Under the pieces are notes generated by a model. The model searched no databases. It had not been told where the DNA came from and was given only the letters and a program-made list of their open reading frames with translations. From Acidobacteriota bacterium (GTDB lineage: Bacteria; Acidobacteriota; UBA6911; RPQK01; CBDAPI01): 64,000 bases of DNA. Position numbers and translations under genes: made by a program. The DNA lies in assembly GCA_965198355.1 (NCBI GenBank), contig CBDAPI010000016.1, forward strand, positions 150,262-214,261. The letters are read 5' to 3'. Of this stretch, positions 28,144 to 37,924 are shown in pieces (the first letter of the stretch is position 1; every line of letters begins with the position of its first letter).

Positions 28144-28190
28144 TGCCTCCAAACCCACAACCCTTGAGAGCAGATCAATCGCTGATAGCA

Positions 28191-28589
28191 GGGGAGCGAT
28201 GTGGGCCGACGATAAGTGGGGAGCCATGTGGGCCGACGATAGGTGGGGAGCCATGTGGGCCGACGATAGGTGGGGAGCCATGTGGGCCGACGATAGGTGG
28301 GGAGCCATGTGGGCCGACGATAGGTGGGAGCCATGTGGGCCGACGATAGGTGGGGAGCCATGTGGGCCGACGATAGGTGGGGAGCCATGTGGGCCGACGA
28401 TAGGTGGGGAGCCATGTGGGCCGACGATAGGTGGGGAGCCATGTGGGCCGACGATAGGTGGGGAGCCATGTGGGCCGACGATAGGTGGGGAGCCATGTGG
28501 GCCGACGATAAGTGGGGAGCCATGTGGGCCGACGCGAAGTGGGGGGCCATGTGGGCCGACGCGAAGTGGGGGGCCATGTGGGCCGACAG
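28191..28589. repeat. tandem repeat array: ~15 head-to-tail copies of a 27-bp unit (GGGGAGCCATGTGGGCCGACGATAGGT), one 26-bp copy, variant units at the ends (GATAAGT, GCGAAGT)
   Basis: Read directly. There are no unique spacers between units. Sits 47 bp from IS200 copy Y. Confidence 0.9.
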
Positions 28590-28914
28590 TTCCCCGACCT
28601 TACACGGTGGTGATTAAGAAGGGAGAACAAGTAAATGTCACGGATGGTTCATTGGGTTGATTAACTAGCGATTTGAGGGCTCACCAACCTTGATGTGCAA
28701 TTGCTCAAGATTAGTGGGGTTCGAAGCAAAGGAGATAAGAGATGGTTCATTGGATTGATTAAGAAACAACACAATTAATTACCCAGGCTTTCCTCTTCAC
28801 GCCCTTGGAATCTCCAATGGGCGGCGATTTCCCTGCGGGAGAGCCCAAAGGGACTTTAGTTAGTCTTTTCAGAATGCCAAAAGTATGGTGCGTATGCTAG
28901 GCTAATAAGCCTAG

Positions 28915-31407
28915 TTGGGGCCCATGGTTTCTGAAGGTTTTTTTGGACACGATAAACTCCCGAGAGCGTGTACGACGTTTGTCTTCGGCGTAATCATCGT
29001 CGGAGTTCCCACCTTCTTCTATTGCCTGCTTGATGCCTCGAGACAACACGGGGCGGCGTGGCTGCTCTTAGCTTCTCTGACAGTAATATCTAGTCTCTTT
29101 CCAATCCACATTGTGACCTCTGTTCGGGAGGGAAAAGCTCACTCTCTTTGCGTGACGGTCAGTGACGTCTTCGTCTTTCTGGGGCTGATGCTGTTCGGCC
29201 CAAGCGTGGCTGCAAGTCTAGCCACAATGGATGGAGCGGTGACCGGTCTAAGGGGTCAGTTCAAGAAAACCTACAAGTACTTCTTCAATCTCTCGCTTCT
29301 TTGTATTGCTGCATGGGTCAGCGGATGGGTTTTCCATTTTCTCTTGGGAGTGCCTCCGCCTCTCGGGAGTCCCGAGAACGTGGGGGATTTTGGAACTTTC
29401 TTCGCGCTCGCTGGACTAGCTAGTCTGCTTTTCTACACGATCAATTCGGGTGGAGTCGTACTTGCAATAGCTCTGGCCTCACAGAGACCCATTAGGGAGG
29501 CATGGAGAGAGAACTTCTTTACCGCTGCCCTGGCCACGTTAGCTGGATCTTCGGTTGCTGCTTTTGTGTTTCTCAATCTTGATCAGGGGCAGACGCTTTC
29601 TCTTCTCGTGGCAGGCCCAATTGTTGCGGCGCTTTACTATGCCTACCAACTCAACACGAATCGGATCAATGCCGCCCTGGCTCACGCCGATCAGATGAGA
29701 GAGCTCTTCCACTCTACAATCGCTTCTCTGGCCATGGCCATCGACGCCAAGGATCAGTACACCCATGGCCACGTCAACCGAGTTCAGCAACTCGTGTTGA
29801 TGATTGCCGAGAAGCTGCGCTGGAATGAAGGCCCGGACGAGGACTTCGAGGGATTGAGAGCGGCTGCGCTGCTGCATGACATCGGGAAACTGGCGATCCC
29901 CGAGTACATCCTCAACAAGCCGTCGGGGCTGACCAAATGGGAAATCCAGAAAATGCAGACCCACCCTGACGTGGGGGCGGAAATCCTGAAGACAGTTCCC
30001 TTCCCTTACGAGGTCGTCCCCTATGTTCGGCACCACCACGAAAAGTGGGACGGAACCGGATACCCCGACGGCCTGGAAGGAGAAACTATTCCTCTCGGAG
30101 CTCGCATTCTCTCGGTGGCCGACTGCTACGACGCCCTGCGGTCGGATCGACCCTACCGGGCTGCCATGAGCCGCGAAGTCGCTCTCGAGTACATCGTCAG
30201 CCTGGTGGAGAGATCTTACGATCCGGACGTGGTTCAAATCCTCGTAGACAATGTTGAAGAGTTCGAGACCAGGTTGGCGGAAACCGAAACCTCCAACCCG
30301 ATCCTGCCCGAAACCGCCACCGCCAACCCTCAGGAATCGACCCCCGATCCCGACATCGCAAAGACCGTGTTCCACGACATCGCCTCCGCCCACCGTGAGA
30401 TTCAAGCTGTTTATGAGATCTCGGAAAGCGTCGGAAAAACTCTGAACGTGTCGGAGACACTCGCCCTGGTCGCGGCTAAAGTCAGCAACCTTGTTCCCTA
30501 CGACGGGTGTGCCGTGTTCCTGGCTGACCCCCACACCGACCAACTGGTGCCCTACAACACCTCCGGCGAACTGACGGAAGAACTGGATCAGCTGAGAATC
30601 ACGATCGGGGAAGGCGTGACGGGCTGGGTAGCAGCCAATAATCAAATGCTTGCCAACGTGTCACCCGCTCCCGACTTCGCCAGCCATCCCAGCCTCAAAG
30701 AGTCGTTTCAGAGCTGCGTCTCCATTCCCCTGAGTCTGGATGACCGGGTCGTCGGCGTCATCACGGTCTACGCCAAGGCGAGGGCGATCTTTCAAGACAA
30801 CCACCTGCGCCTGCTTGACACTCTCTCCCGGCAGGCTGCGGCTGCCGTCAACAACGCCCTCGTCTACGAAGAGACACAGGAAGACGCCTATACGGACGCC
30901 CTGACGGGCTTGCCCAATCTGCGCTACTTTCGGGTCTTTGGAGATCAGGAACTGAAACGAGCCCGGCGGGTCGACTATCCGGTCACCCTGCTTATGATGG
31001 ATCTGGACTCCTTCAAGGCTGTTAACGACAACTGGGGCCACCGCATCGGCGATCGGGTTCTGATCGAAGTCTCCCATATTCTGAGAAACCAGCTCAGGAG
31101 ATCCGATACTTGTATCCGCTACGGGGGCGACGAATTTGTAGCCCTGCTGCCGGGAGCCGGCAGCGAACTGGCCGAGTCCACCATCCAGCGACTTCAAGAG
31201 GCCGTGGGAGAGCACGGGATTGGCCTGCGGGGAGGGGACGCCTTGAGTGTGGGTCTGAGCGTGGGAAGCGCCACTTTCCCGCACGAGGCTAAAGAACTCG
31301 ACCTCCTGCTGGCCCTCGCAGACCAGGCGATGTATCAGGACAAGGTCCGGCGTGCCCGTGAGCGATCCGCGGCCATTCTGCCCTTTGACCAGCGGGGCAA
31401 AGCCTGA
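28915..31407 (+). CDS. multidomain c-di-GMP signalling protein: N-terminal polytopic membrane sensor – HD-GYP phosphodiesterase – GAF – GGDEF diguanylate cyclase
   Basis: HD-GYP motifs (HTHGHVNRV, LLHDIGK, HHEKWDGTGYPDGL). GAF-like segment. GGDEF domain (DALTGLPN, RYGGDEF). Confidence 0.85.
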   Translation: MGPMVSEGFFGHDKLPRACTTFVFGVIIVGVPTFFYCLLDASRQHGAAWLLLASLTVISSLFPIHIVTSVREGKAHSLCVTVSDVFVFLGLMLFGPSVAASLATMDGAVTGLRGQFKKTYKYFFNLSLLCIAAWVSGWVFHFLLGVPPPLGSPENVGDFGTFFALAGLASLLFYTINSGGVVLAIALASQRPIREAWRENFFTAALATLAGSSVAAFVFLNLDQGQTLSLLVAGPIVAALYYAYQLNTNRINAALAHADQMRELFHSTIASLAMAIDAKDQYTHGHVNRVQQLVLMIAEKLRWNEGPDEDFEGLRAAALLHDIGKLAIPEYILNKPSGLTKWEIQKMQTHPDVGAEILKTVPFPYEVVPYVRHHHEKWDGTGYPDGLEGETIPLGARILSVADCYDALRSDRPYRAAMSREVALEYIVSLVERSYDPDVVQILVDNVEEFETRLAETETSNPILPETATANPQESTPDPDIAKTVFHDIASAHREIQAVYEISESVGKTLNVSETLALVAAKVSNLVPYDGCAVFLADPHTDQLVPYNTSGELTEELDQLRITIGEGVTGWVAANNQMLANVSPAPDFASHPSLKESFQSCVSIPLSLDDRVVGVITVYAKARAIFQDNHLRLLDTLSRQAAAAVNNALVYEETQEDAYTDALTGLPNLRYFRVFGDQELKRARRVDYPVTLLMMDLDSFKAVNDNWGHRIGDRVLIEVSHILRNQLRRSDTCIRYGGDEFVALLPGAGSELAESTIQRLQEAVGEHGIGLRGGDALSVGLSVGSATFPHEAKELDLLLALADQAMYQDKVRRARERSAAILPFDQRGKA

Positions 31408-32266
31408 CTCCGCCTTGATCAGCGTTGTCATTCCCACTTTCAATCGGAAGCAGCTGCTTCTCGAAGGGGTTGAGTCGGTTCGCCGGCAGAGCTTCCAGGA
31501 TTGGGAACTTCTGCTGATTGACGACGGGTCAACCGACGGGACGAGCCAGGTACTCGAGCCCCTGATCTCAGATGAGACCAGCTACATCCGGCAAGAGCAC
31601 AGCGGTGTCAGTGCAGCCCGCAACAGGGGTATTCGAGCTGCCCGATACGACTGGATCGCCTTTCTGGACAGCGACGACTACTGGCACAAACACAAGCTGC
31701 AACGGCAGGTCGAAGCGCTAGAGGCGAATCCGGAATATCAGGCTGTTCATACCGATGAAATCTGGATCCGCTCGGGTGTCCGCGTCAATCCCCGAAAGCA
31801 TCACCAGAAGCGCTCCGGCTGGATGTTTCACCATTGTCTCCGGCTTTGCCTGATCAGCCCCAGTTCTATCCTGCTGCACCGAAACCTGCTAGAGGAATCC
31901 GGTCTTTTCGACGAAGACTATCCGGTCTGCGAGGACTACGAACTGTGGCTCAGGATTACGGCCCGCCGGCCGGTCTTGTTTCTGCCTGAAAAACTGGTAT
32001 TCAAACGGGGAGGACATGCCGATCAGCTCTCACGGAGTCGCTGGGGCATGGACCGATACCGCATACGAGCTCTCCTGAAGTCTTTGGACAGCGGTTGCCT
32101 CACACCCCAACAATGCCAATGGGCTGCCGCAGAGATTGTGCGCAAGTCAGCCATCCTGGAACAGGGTTTCGCAAAGCGAGGCAAAATGGACCGGGCTTCG
32201 TACTACGGCGAGCTTAGAGGGCGCTTCGGCCGGGGTGATTTAGATCCGGGAAGCAGCGGTCGGTGA
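31352..32266 (+). CDS. family-2 glycosyltransferase (start uncertain; possible TTG at 31415 avoiding overlap with upstream gene)
   Basis: ISVVIPTFNRKQLLLEGVESVRRQSFQDWELLLIDDGSTDGT: GT-A fold with DxD. Confidence 0.8.
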   Translation: MPVSDPRPFCPLTSGAKPDSALISVVIPTFNRKQLLLEGVESVRRQSFQDWELLLIDDGSTDGTSQVLEPLISDETSYIRQEHSGVSAARNRGIRAARYDWIAFLDSDDYWHKHKLQRQVEALEANPEYQAVHTDEIWIRSGVRVNPRKHHQKRSGWMFHHCLRLCLISPSSILLHRNLLEESGLFDEDYPVCEDYELWLRITARRPVLFLPEKLVFKRGGHADQLSRSRWGMDRYRIRALLKSLDSGCLTPQQCQWAAAEIVRKSAILEQGFAKRGKMDRASYYGELRGRFGRGDLDPGSSGR

Positions 32267-32373
32267 ACTCCGTTTTCCCGGGCGACGCTTTCGGTTTGCC
32301 AGAGGCAAGCGATAACCTTAGAGGACGAGTTCTCATTCGATTTCGGTTTTGAAATCGAGAACAGGAGGAGATC

Positions 32374-33540
32374 ATGTCCCAGCTTCAGAGCTACCTCGAT
32401 CAACTGAACCAGCATGTCGGCGTCCATTTACCGACACTTCTGACGTCCATTCTGATTCTGGTCGTCGGATGGCTGGCCGCCCGCATCATAGCTGCAATTG
32501 TCAGGCGGATCCTGACTCGCACCGAGCTGGACAACCGGGTGGCCAACTGGATCTGGCCCCGCCAGGATGGACCGCCCGTCCCCATTGAGAAGTGGGCGTC
32601 GAAGGCCGTCTATTACATCCTGCTGCTGTTCGTCCTGGTTGCCTTCTCCCAGTCCCTGGGGATGGCGGCAGTCACAGAACCGTTAAGCGGGTTTCTGAAT
32701 CGGGTCTTCGAATTCGCCCCCCGCCTCATCGGCCCGATTATCCTCATCCTCCTGGCCTGGGCCCTGGCCAGCGTACTTCGGTCGCTGCTGCGAGGAGCAC
32801 TCGAGGGTGCCAACCTGGATGCCAGGGTTGCTGCCCAGACAGAACGCGAAGAAGACAAACAGCTTCCCCTTTCGCAAACCCTGAGCGAAGCCGTGTACTG
32901 GCTGGTTTTCCTCTTTTTTCTTCCTGCCATCCTCAGCCCTCTGGGTCTGGACGGCTTGCTGGCGCCAGTGCAGAATCTGGTCGACAAGCTGCTGGCCTTT
33001 TTGCCTCAACTCCTGGCAGCCGGTCTCATCTTCGCAGTTGGCTGGTTTGTGGCCCGCATCGTCCAGGGAATCGTTACCAGTCTGCTGGTAGCGATTGGAG
33101 CAGATAGTTTTGGCGAGTCGATTGGTCTGTCCCGGGCTCTGGGAAAGCAGCGGCTCTCTAACCTCCTGGGAACAGTCCTCTATGTGCTGATTCTCGTTCC
33201 AGTCCTGATCGCGGCCCTGGAAGCGCTCGCCATCGAGTCAATTACCAGGCCCGCCAGCCAGATGCTGAATACGATGCTGCTGGCGATTCCCAACCTGTTC
33301 GGGGCCTGCCTGGTGCTCGCCATTGCCTACATGGTGGGCACGGTGGTTGCCGGCCTGATCCAGAACTTGCTCTCGGCAATCGGATTCGACTTCATCCTGA
33401 CCAAGATCGGCTTCAGCAAGGCGCAAATGGACGGACACAAGTCCCCTTCGGCTGTGGTTGGCAACCTGGCGTTGATCGTGCTGATGCTGTTTGCCACGGC
33501 GGAGGCGGCGGAACTGATGGGCTTCGACGTGATAGGACAG
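32374..33540 (+). pseudogene. 5' part of a polytopic membrane protein gene (repeated conserved TM-helix motifs, MscS-associated type) split by IS3 copy 2
   Basis: Reading frame ...GFDVIGQ runs into the IS3 terminus. The remainder resumes in frame at 35170 after removal of the IS and one CAG copy. Confidence 0.75.
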
Positions 33541-33596
33541 CGGAACGTGTCAACAACTTTGAGACACTTTGGTGAATAAATTACTGTAGTTTCATC

Positions 33597-34595
33597 TCAA
33601 AAGTTCTCCTTTTCGGGAGGGTTGATCCAGACCGCCTCGGGAAGAGGAGGAGGAACGGGTTTGCCGTTGGGAAATCTCTCCGGGAAGAGTGCATGGGCGG
33701 CCTCCAATGTTTGGGATCGATCGCGACGGGTGGTGATGGCGGTGAGGTAGTGCACATCCGCGGGAGTGTGCAGGCCGATACCCGAATGGCGATGGTCGCG
33801 GTTATACCAATCGAAGAAATCCCGACAAAAGTCTCTGGCTTGCTGAATGGTGCCGAAACGAGCCGGGAATTCGGGACGGTACTTGAGGGTCTTGAATTGG
33901 GATTCCGAGTAGGGATTGTCGTCACAGACATGAGGCCGAGAGTGAGACTTGGTGACTCCCAGATCGGCCAGTAGCAAGGCCAGTGCTTTGGAACTCATCG
34001 ACGAGCCACGATCGGCATGCAGGGTGAGACCACCCGCTACGATCTCCTGCTTGGAGTAGCTCTGGGCGATCAAGACCTTGGCCAGGCGGGAGCTTTCCTG
34101 GGTGGCCACCATCCAGCCCACCACATAGCGGCTGAAGATGTCCAGGATCACGTAGAGGTAGTAATAGCTCCATTTGACGGGCCCCTTCAGCTTGGTGATG
34201 TCCCACGACCAGCATTGGTTCGGGCCGGTGGCCAGAAGTTCCGGCTTGGAGTATTGGGGATGGCGGCGCTGGCGACGGCGTTCTCTAACTTCCAGACGTT
34301 TGGCCAGAATGCGGTACATGGTTCGAATCGAGCACAAGTATCGCCCTTCGTCCAGCAGCTCCGCCCATACGGCGGCAGGAGCTTTGTCGATAAACTGTCG
34401 GCTGTGCAGGACCTCCACAACGGCTTCCCTTTCGGGCGGGCTCAAGGCGCGTGGGGATGCGGCCCGAGGCCGAGGATCCAGCGCCGGCCGTTCGCGCCGA
34501 AGTTTCTCCCGATACAGACTCGATGGCGGCAGATCCAGAGCCTGACAGCCGGCACGGACTCCGTGGGATTGTGAGAATCGCAAAGCTTCGTCCAT
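33597..34595 (-). CDS. IS3-family transposase OrfB
   Basis: Identical to 25394-26392. Confidence 0.9.
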   Translation of the reverse strand: MDEALRFSQSHGVRAGCQALDLPPSSLYREKLRRERPALDPRPRAASPRALSPPEREAVVEVLHSRQFIDKAPAAVWAELLDEGRYLCSIRTMYRILAKRLEVRERRRQRRHPQYSKPELLATGPNQCWSWDITKLKGPVKWSYYYLYVILDIFSRYVVGWMVATQESSRLAKVLIAQSYSKQEIVAGGLTLHADRGSSMSSKALALLLADLGVTKSHSRPHVCDDNPYSESQFKTLKYRPEFPARFGTIQQARDFCRDFFDWYNRDHRHSGIGLHTPADVHYLTAITTRRDRSQTLEAAHALFPERFPNGKPVPPPLPEAVWINPPEKENF

Positions 34596-35095
34596 CAGCT
34601 CTCGTCTCCGTTCTCTTCGCTGCTCGCCAGAGAGATTCCCAATAGTTGCGAGACTTTTTTTTGGAGATCCAGCATGGCTTCAAACTTCTCGAGCTTGCGT
34701 TTCAGCTTCCGATTCTCAGCCTCCACTTGCCTCAGTTGATGATCCAGAGGATTGACCGGCTTTGCCTTTCGTCCCCGCTTGCGAGGGGTCAATGCCTGCA
34801 GCGTTCCGTGCTCGCGTTGGCGTCGCCAGGTCTGCAGATTCGACCAGTAAAGTCCTTCTCGGCGCAGTAATGCTCCCACTTCGCCCGACTCTTCGCAGCC
34901 ATCGGCCTGCTCCAGGACCCGGAGCTTATAGCGGGCTGAAAACCGGCGACGGGTTGCCTTGGCAGGAACTTCCGGGTCGGGTCGCGGCAACGCCTTCTCG
35001 GGCTCGGTCCGTCCCGCAGCGATTTTGGAGACCTCTCCCCTCCGCTCCGAGGTTTCCAAAATCCTCAGTTTCTTGTCGCTTCTGTTTTCTATCAT
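34595..35095 (-). CDS. IS3-family transposase OrfA
   Basis: Identical to 26392-26892. Confidence 0.9.
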   Translation of the reverse strand: MIENRSDKKLRILETSERRGEVSKIAAGRTEPEKALPRPDPEVPAKATRRRFSARYKLRVLEQADGCEESGEVGALLRREGLYWSNLQTWRRQREHGTLQALTPRKRGRKAKPVNPLDHQLRQVEAENRKLKRKLEKFEAMLDLQKKVSQLLGISLASSEENGDES

Positions 35096-35169
35096 TCTGT
35101 AATCCAGCTTCTCGCCCTCTACTCTAATTTAGCCGGGAAGAAGTGTCTCACCATTATTGGCACAGAGGG

Positions 35170-35526
35170 CAGTTGATGTCCCAGTTCCTGGTCTTCGGCG
35201 GACGCGTCGTCCTGGGGCTTGTCATTCTGGGAGTAGGTATGTATCTGGCCGGAGTCGCTTACAATACTGTTTCTGCCAGTAGTGCTTCACAGGCGCGGAT
35301 TATGGCGAATGGTGCAAGACTCGCGATTCTCATTCTGACGGGAGCCATGGCACTGAGGGAAATGGGATTGGCCAATGAGATCATCAACCTGGCTTTCGGG
35401 ATGACGGTAGGCGCCATCGCTGTGGCGATTGCTCTGGCCTTCGGCCTGGGCGGACGCGACGTGGCAGCCCGGCAGGTTGAAGAATGGAGAGAACAGATCA
35501 GCTCCAGCACGAAGAACCGGAAGTAA
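35170..35526 (+). pseudogene. 3' part of the membrane protein gene interrupted by IS3 copy 2
   Basis: ...QLMSQFLVFGGRVVLGLVILGVGMYLAGV... continues the TM-helix repeat pattern. The stop TAA at 35524-35526 directly abuts IS200 copy Z. Confidence 0.75.
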
Positions 35527-36177
35527 GTATCCCCCGGCAAAGCCGGGGGCTTTAATCTTGTGAGCCGCTCAAAGCGGACTTGACGTTGCCGCTACCGCGG
35601 CCACTTGTGCCACCTACAGGTGGCTTGGCTACAGCAGCCTGAGCTGATCCTGGCGACGATCTTCTGCTTCTTGCCGCCGGATATACTCACGAATCACTTT
35701 CTCATCCCGACCCACCGTCGATACGAAGTATCCGCGAGCCCAGAAGTGCTGTCCAACAAAGTTACGCCGACTCTCTGAAAAGTTCCTCGCAATGTGGATG
35801 GCGCTTTTCCCTTTGATGTACCCGATCACCTGCGCCACAGAAAACTTTGGCGGAATCGAGATCATCCCGTGCACGTGATCCGGCAGCAGGTGGCCCTCTT
35901 CAATCAAGCTTTCCTTCTGCCCAGCCAACCGTCGCAGCACCTGACCGAGATGTCTGCGCAGCTCCCCATAAATCAACTTCTTGCGGTACTTGGGGATGAA
36001 CACCACATGGTACTTACACTCCCATTTTGTATGCTGTAAGCTCTGGTAGTTACTCATAAAACTCCTTTTCGTGATGCTTTGCTCGGCTCACGGAAGGGAG
36101 TTTTTTCACCTATTCCCGGAACTGTCAAACTCTGGCTGCCTCCCCGGCAGAGCCGGGGGGACTCCTTACGGGTCTAG
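35527..36177 (-). mobile_element. IS200/IS605-family element, copy Z (~651 bp), inserted immediately 3' of a stop codon
   Basis: Same ends as copies X and Y. Its TnpA carries two amino-acid substitutions relative to copy Y. Confidence 0.85.
35629..36057 (-). CDS. tnpA: IS200-family TnpA (variant: ...GQKESL..., HVHGMIS)
   Basis: 142 aa, 2 substitutions versus copy Y. Confidence 0.9.
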   Translation of the reverse strand: MSNYQSLQHTKWECKYHVVFIPKYRKKLIYGELRRHLGQVLRRLAGQKESLIEEGHLLPDHVHGMISIPPKFSVAQVIGYIKGKSAIHIARNFSESRRNFVGQHFWARGYFVSTVGRDEKVIREYIRRQEAEDRRQDQLRLL

Positions 36178-36246
36178 CGGGGAGCTTCGCCCATCTCGGG
36201 CTGCCGGTCCGAGCCAGCGCTTCAAGCCGCCGCCAGAGACCGATCA

Positions 36247-36750
36247 GTGATTCAGAAGAAGATCTGCATGCTTGGGGCTTTTGCGGTTGGCAAGACCAGC
36301 CTGGTGGCCAGATACGTCCACAGCGTTTTCTCTGAGGACTACCAGACCACGATCGGAGTCAAGATCGACCGCAAACAGGTGAACGTTGGTGAGCAGGAAA
36401 TCAACCTGATTCTCTGGGATCTCTACGGGGATGATGATTTCCAGAGCGTGCGCGCCTCTTACCTCAGGGGAGCGGCCGGGTACCTGCTGGTCTGCGATGG
36501 CACGCGGCGTTTGACCTTCGACCATGCCCTGCTTCTGCAAAAGTCAATCGAAGAACAACTGGGACCCGTACCCTTTGTCCTGCTCTGCAACAAATTTGAT
36601 CTGACTCAAGAGTGGGAGCTGGTGGAGGATGATGGGGAAAGAGTCCGGCAGCGCGACTGGAACCTGATGCATACCAGCGCCAAGACCGGCGAAAAGGTGG
36701 ATGATGCTTTCGAGCTGCTGGCTCACGAGATTCTGAAGGCAGGGTCTTGA
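36247..36750 (+). CDS. Ras-superfamily small GTPase (Rab/Rup-like, 167 aa)
   Basis: G1 GAFAVGKTS, G3 WDLYGDD, G4 CNKFDL, G5 TSAKTG. Confidence 0.8.
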   Translation: MIQKKICMLGAFAVGKTSLVARYVHSVFSEDYQTTIGVKIDRKQVNVGEQEINLILWDLYGDDDFQSVRASYLRGAAGYLLVCDGTRRLTFDHALLLQKSIEEQLGPVPFVLLCNKFDLTQEWELVEDDGERVRQRDWNLMHTSAKTGEKVDDAFELLAHEILKAGS

Positions 36751-37895
36751 CTGAACCGACTCCACCTCGGCTCAAAACACAGGGTTCAACGCTCCGCGAC
36801 GTTGTCGAGGCACTCAGAGTCGCTGTTCTCGAGGTGGATGACGAGGGCAATCTGGAGCTTCTTTCTCCTCTCCCCGAGTGGTACCGAGAAGCTTGGAAGC
36901 AGGAAGGCACCGGGCCCCTGGACAGTCAGGAAGATCACCCCTTTTTCAGCAACTTCCTGATCGACGCACACGACTTCTGGAAGTCCGAAGACCGGGAGCA
37001 TCTGACCTCCGGACCCTGGGTCGAAGAAACTGTTGACGGCTCGACATTCAACCTGGAGGCGCTGGCTTTCAAACAGAGCTCGCGCCGTTTGCTTCTGCTG
37101 AAGCGGCTCGGTTCAGGCTTCCAGGAACACGTTGCACTCCTGCAAAAAGCCCGTGAAAACAGCCTCAGCCACGAGCGACTGATCAGGGAAATCCAACAAA
37201 AAGAGATCCTTCTCCACTGCATCGTGCACGACCTTGCCGGTCCGCTGACTGGAATCTCCGGCTCGCTCTCACTGCTTTCCAAGGAGCCTCTGAGTGAAGC
37301 CGGACAACGCCGCCTGGGTATCGGCCAGAGAGCGACCCGCCAGCTGGCAGACCTGATTCGCGGAATCCTGGACGTCTTCTCTGCCGAGGTGGAAGAACTG
37401 ACCAGCTTGTCCATCCAGCCAGAAAGTTATCCCGACCTGACGGTCTATGCAGAACGGGTAGCTGAAACGCTAGCGCCGGCCGGTGCCCTGAGGGATATCG
37501 AGATCAAGCTCTCCCTGGCTCCCACTCTCCCCGCCCCTCTGCGGGTCATCGCCGAAGGAGACCGGTTGGAGAGAGTGCTCTACAATCTGGTGCAAAACGC
37601 GATTCGGCACGCTCCTCCGCAATCCCGGGTCAGACTTGCCGTCGACGCTGATGGTTCCGGAATCCGCGTGCGTGTGGAAGATCTTGGCCCAGGAGTCGCC
37701 CCCGATCTTCGTGCCCGGCTGTTTCAGAAGTTGATTCGCGGCAAAGGAAAAAGCGGTAAGGCGGGCCTGGGACTTTATTTCTGCAGGATCATGGTCGAGC
37801 GCTGGGGGGGGCAAATCGGTTACACTCCGAAGAAACCCCGTGGGGCGATCTTCTGGTTCATTCTGCGTCCGGGTACCCCCCTAGATTCGAACTGA
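36747..37895 (+). CDS. sensor histidine kinase (cytoplasmic; HisKA + HATPase_c), TTG start overlapping the GTPase stop
   Basis: H-box IVHDLAGPLTGI. N/G boxes (LVQNAIRHA, VEDLGPGVAPD, GLGLYFCR). Confidence 0.8.
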   Translation: MTEPTPPRLKTQGSTLRDVVEALRVAVLEVDDEGNLELLSPLPEWYREAWKQEGTGPLDSQEDHPFFSNFLIDAHDFWKSEDREHLTSGPWVEETVDGSTFNLEALAFKQSSRRLLLLKRLGSGFQEHVALLQKARENSLSHERLIREIQQKEILLHCIVHDLAGPLTGISGSLSLLSKEPLSEAGQRRLGIGQRATRQLADLIRGILDVFSAEVEELTSLSIQPESYPDLTVYAERVAETLAPAGALRDIEIKLSLAPTLPAPLRVIAEGDRLERVLYNLVQNAIRHAPPQSRVRLAVDADGSGIRVRVEDLGPGVAPDLRARLFQKLIRGKGKSGKAGLGLYFCRIMVERWGGQIGYTPKKPRGAIFWFILRPGTPLDSN

Positions 37896-37924
37896 CACGA
37901 TCGCCCGGGACCAGAGAGGAATCG

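Larger units (their letters stand above)
33541..35169 (-). mobile_element. IS3-family element, copy 2 (identical to copy 1), 3-bp target duplication CAG (33538-33540 / 35170-35172)
   Basis: The sequence is identical to 25338-26966. The flanks reconstruct an uninterrupted ORF. Confidence 0.9.

Noticed and set aside
28191-28589. Possible CRISPR array
   Set aside because: The repeats are contiguous 27-bp units with no unique spacers, and no cas genes are present. It is a simple tandem (minisatellite) repeat.
28046-28660. 204-aa ORF across the tandem repeat (GEPCGPTIG / WGAMWADDR repeats)
   Set aside because: The ORF starts inside the IS200 terminal hairpin. One repeat unit is 26 bp, so the peptide repeat changes frame mid-array. 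More likely non-coding.
25338-35169. Two directly oriented IS3 copies as a composite transposon carrying the c-di-GMP gene
   Set aside because: Each IS3 copy has its own matching 3-bp target duplication (TAC and CAG) and interrupts a different pre-existing sequence, which indicates two independent insertions rather than a mobilised composite.
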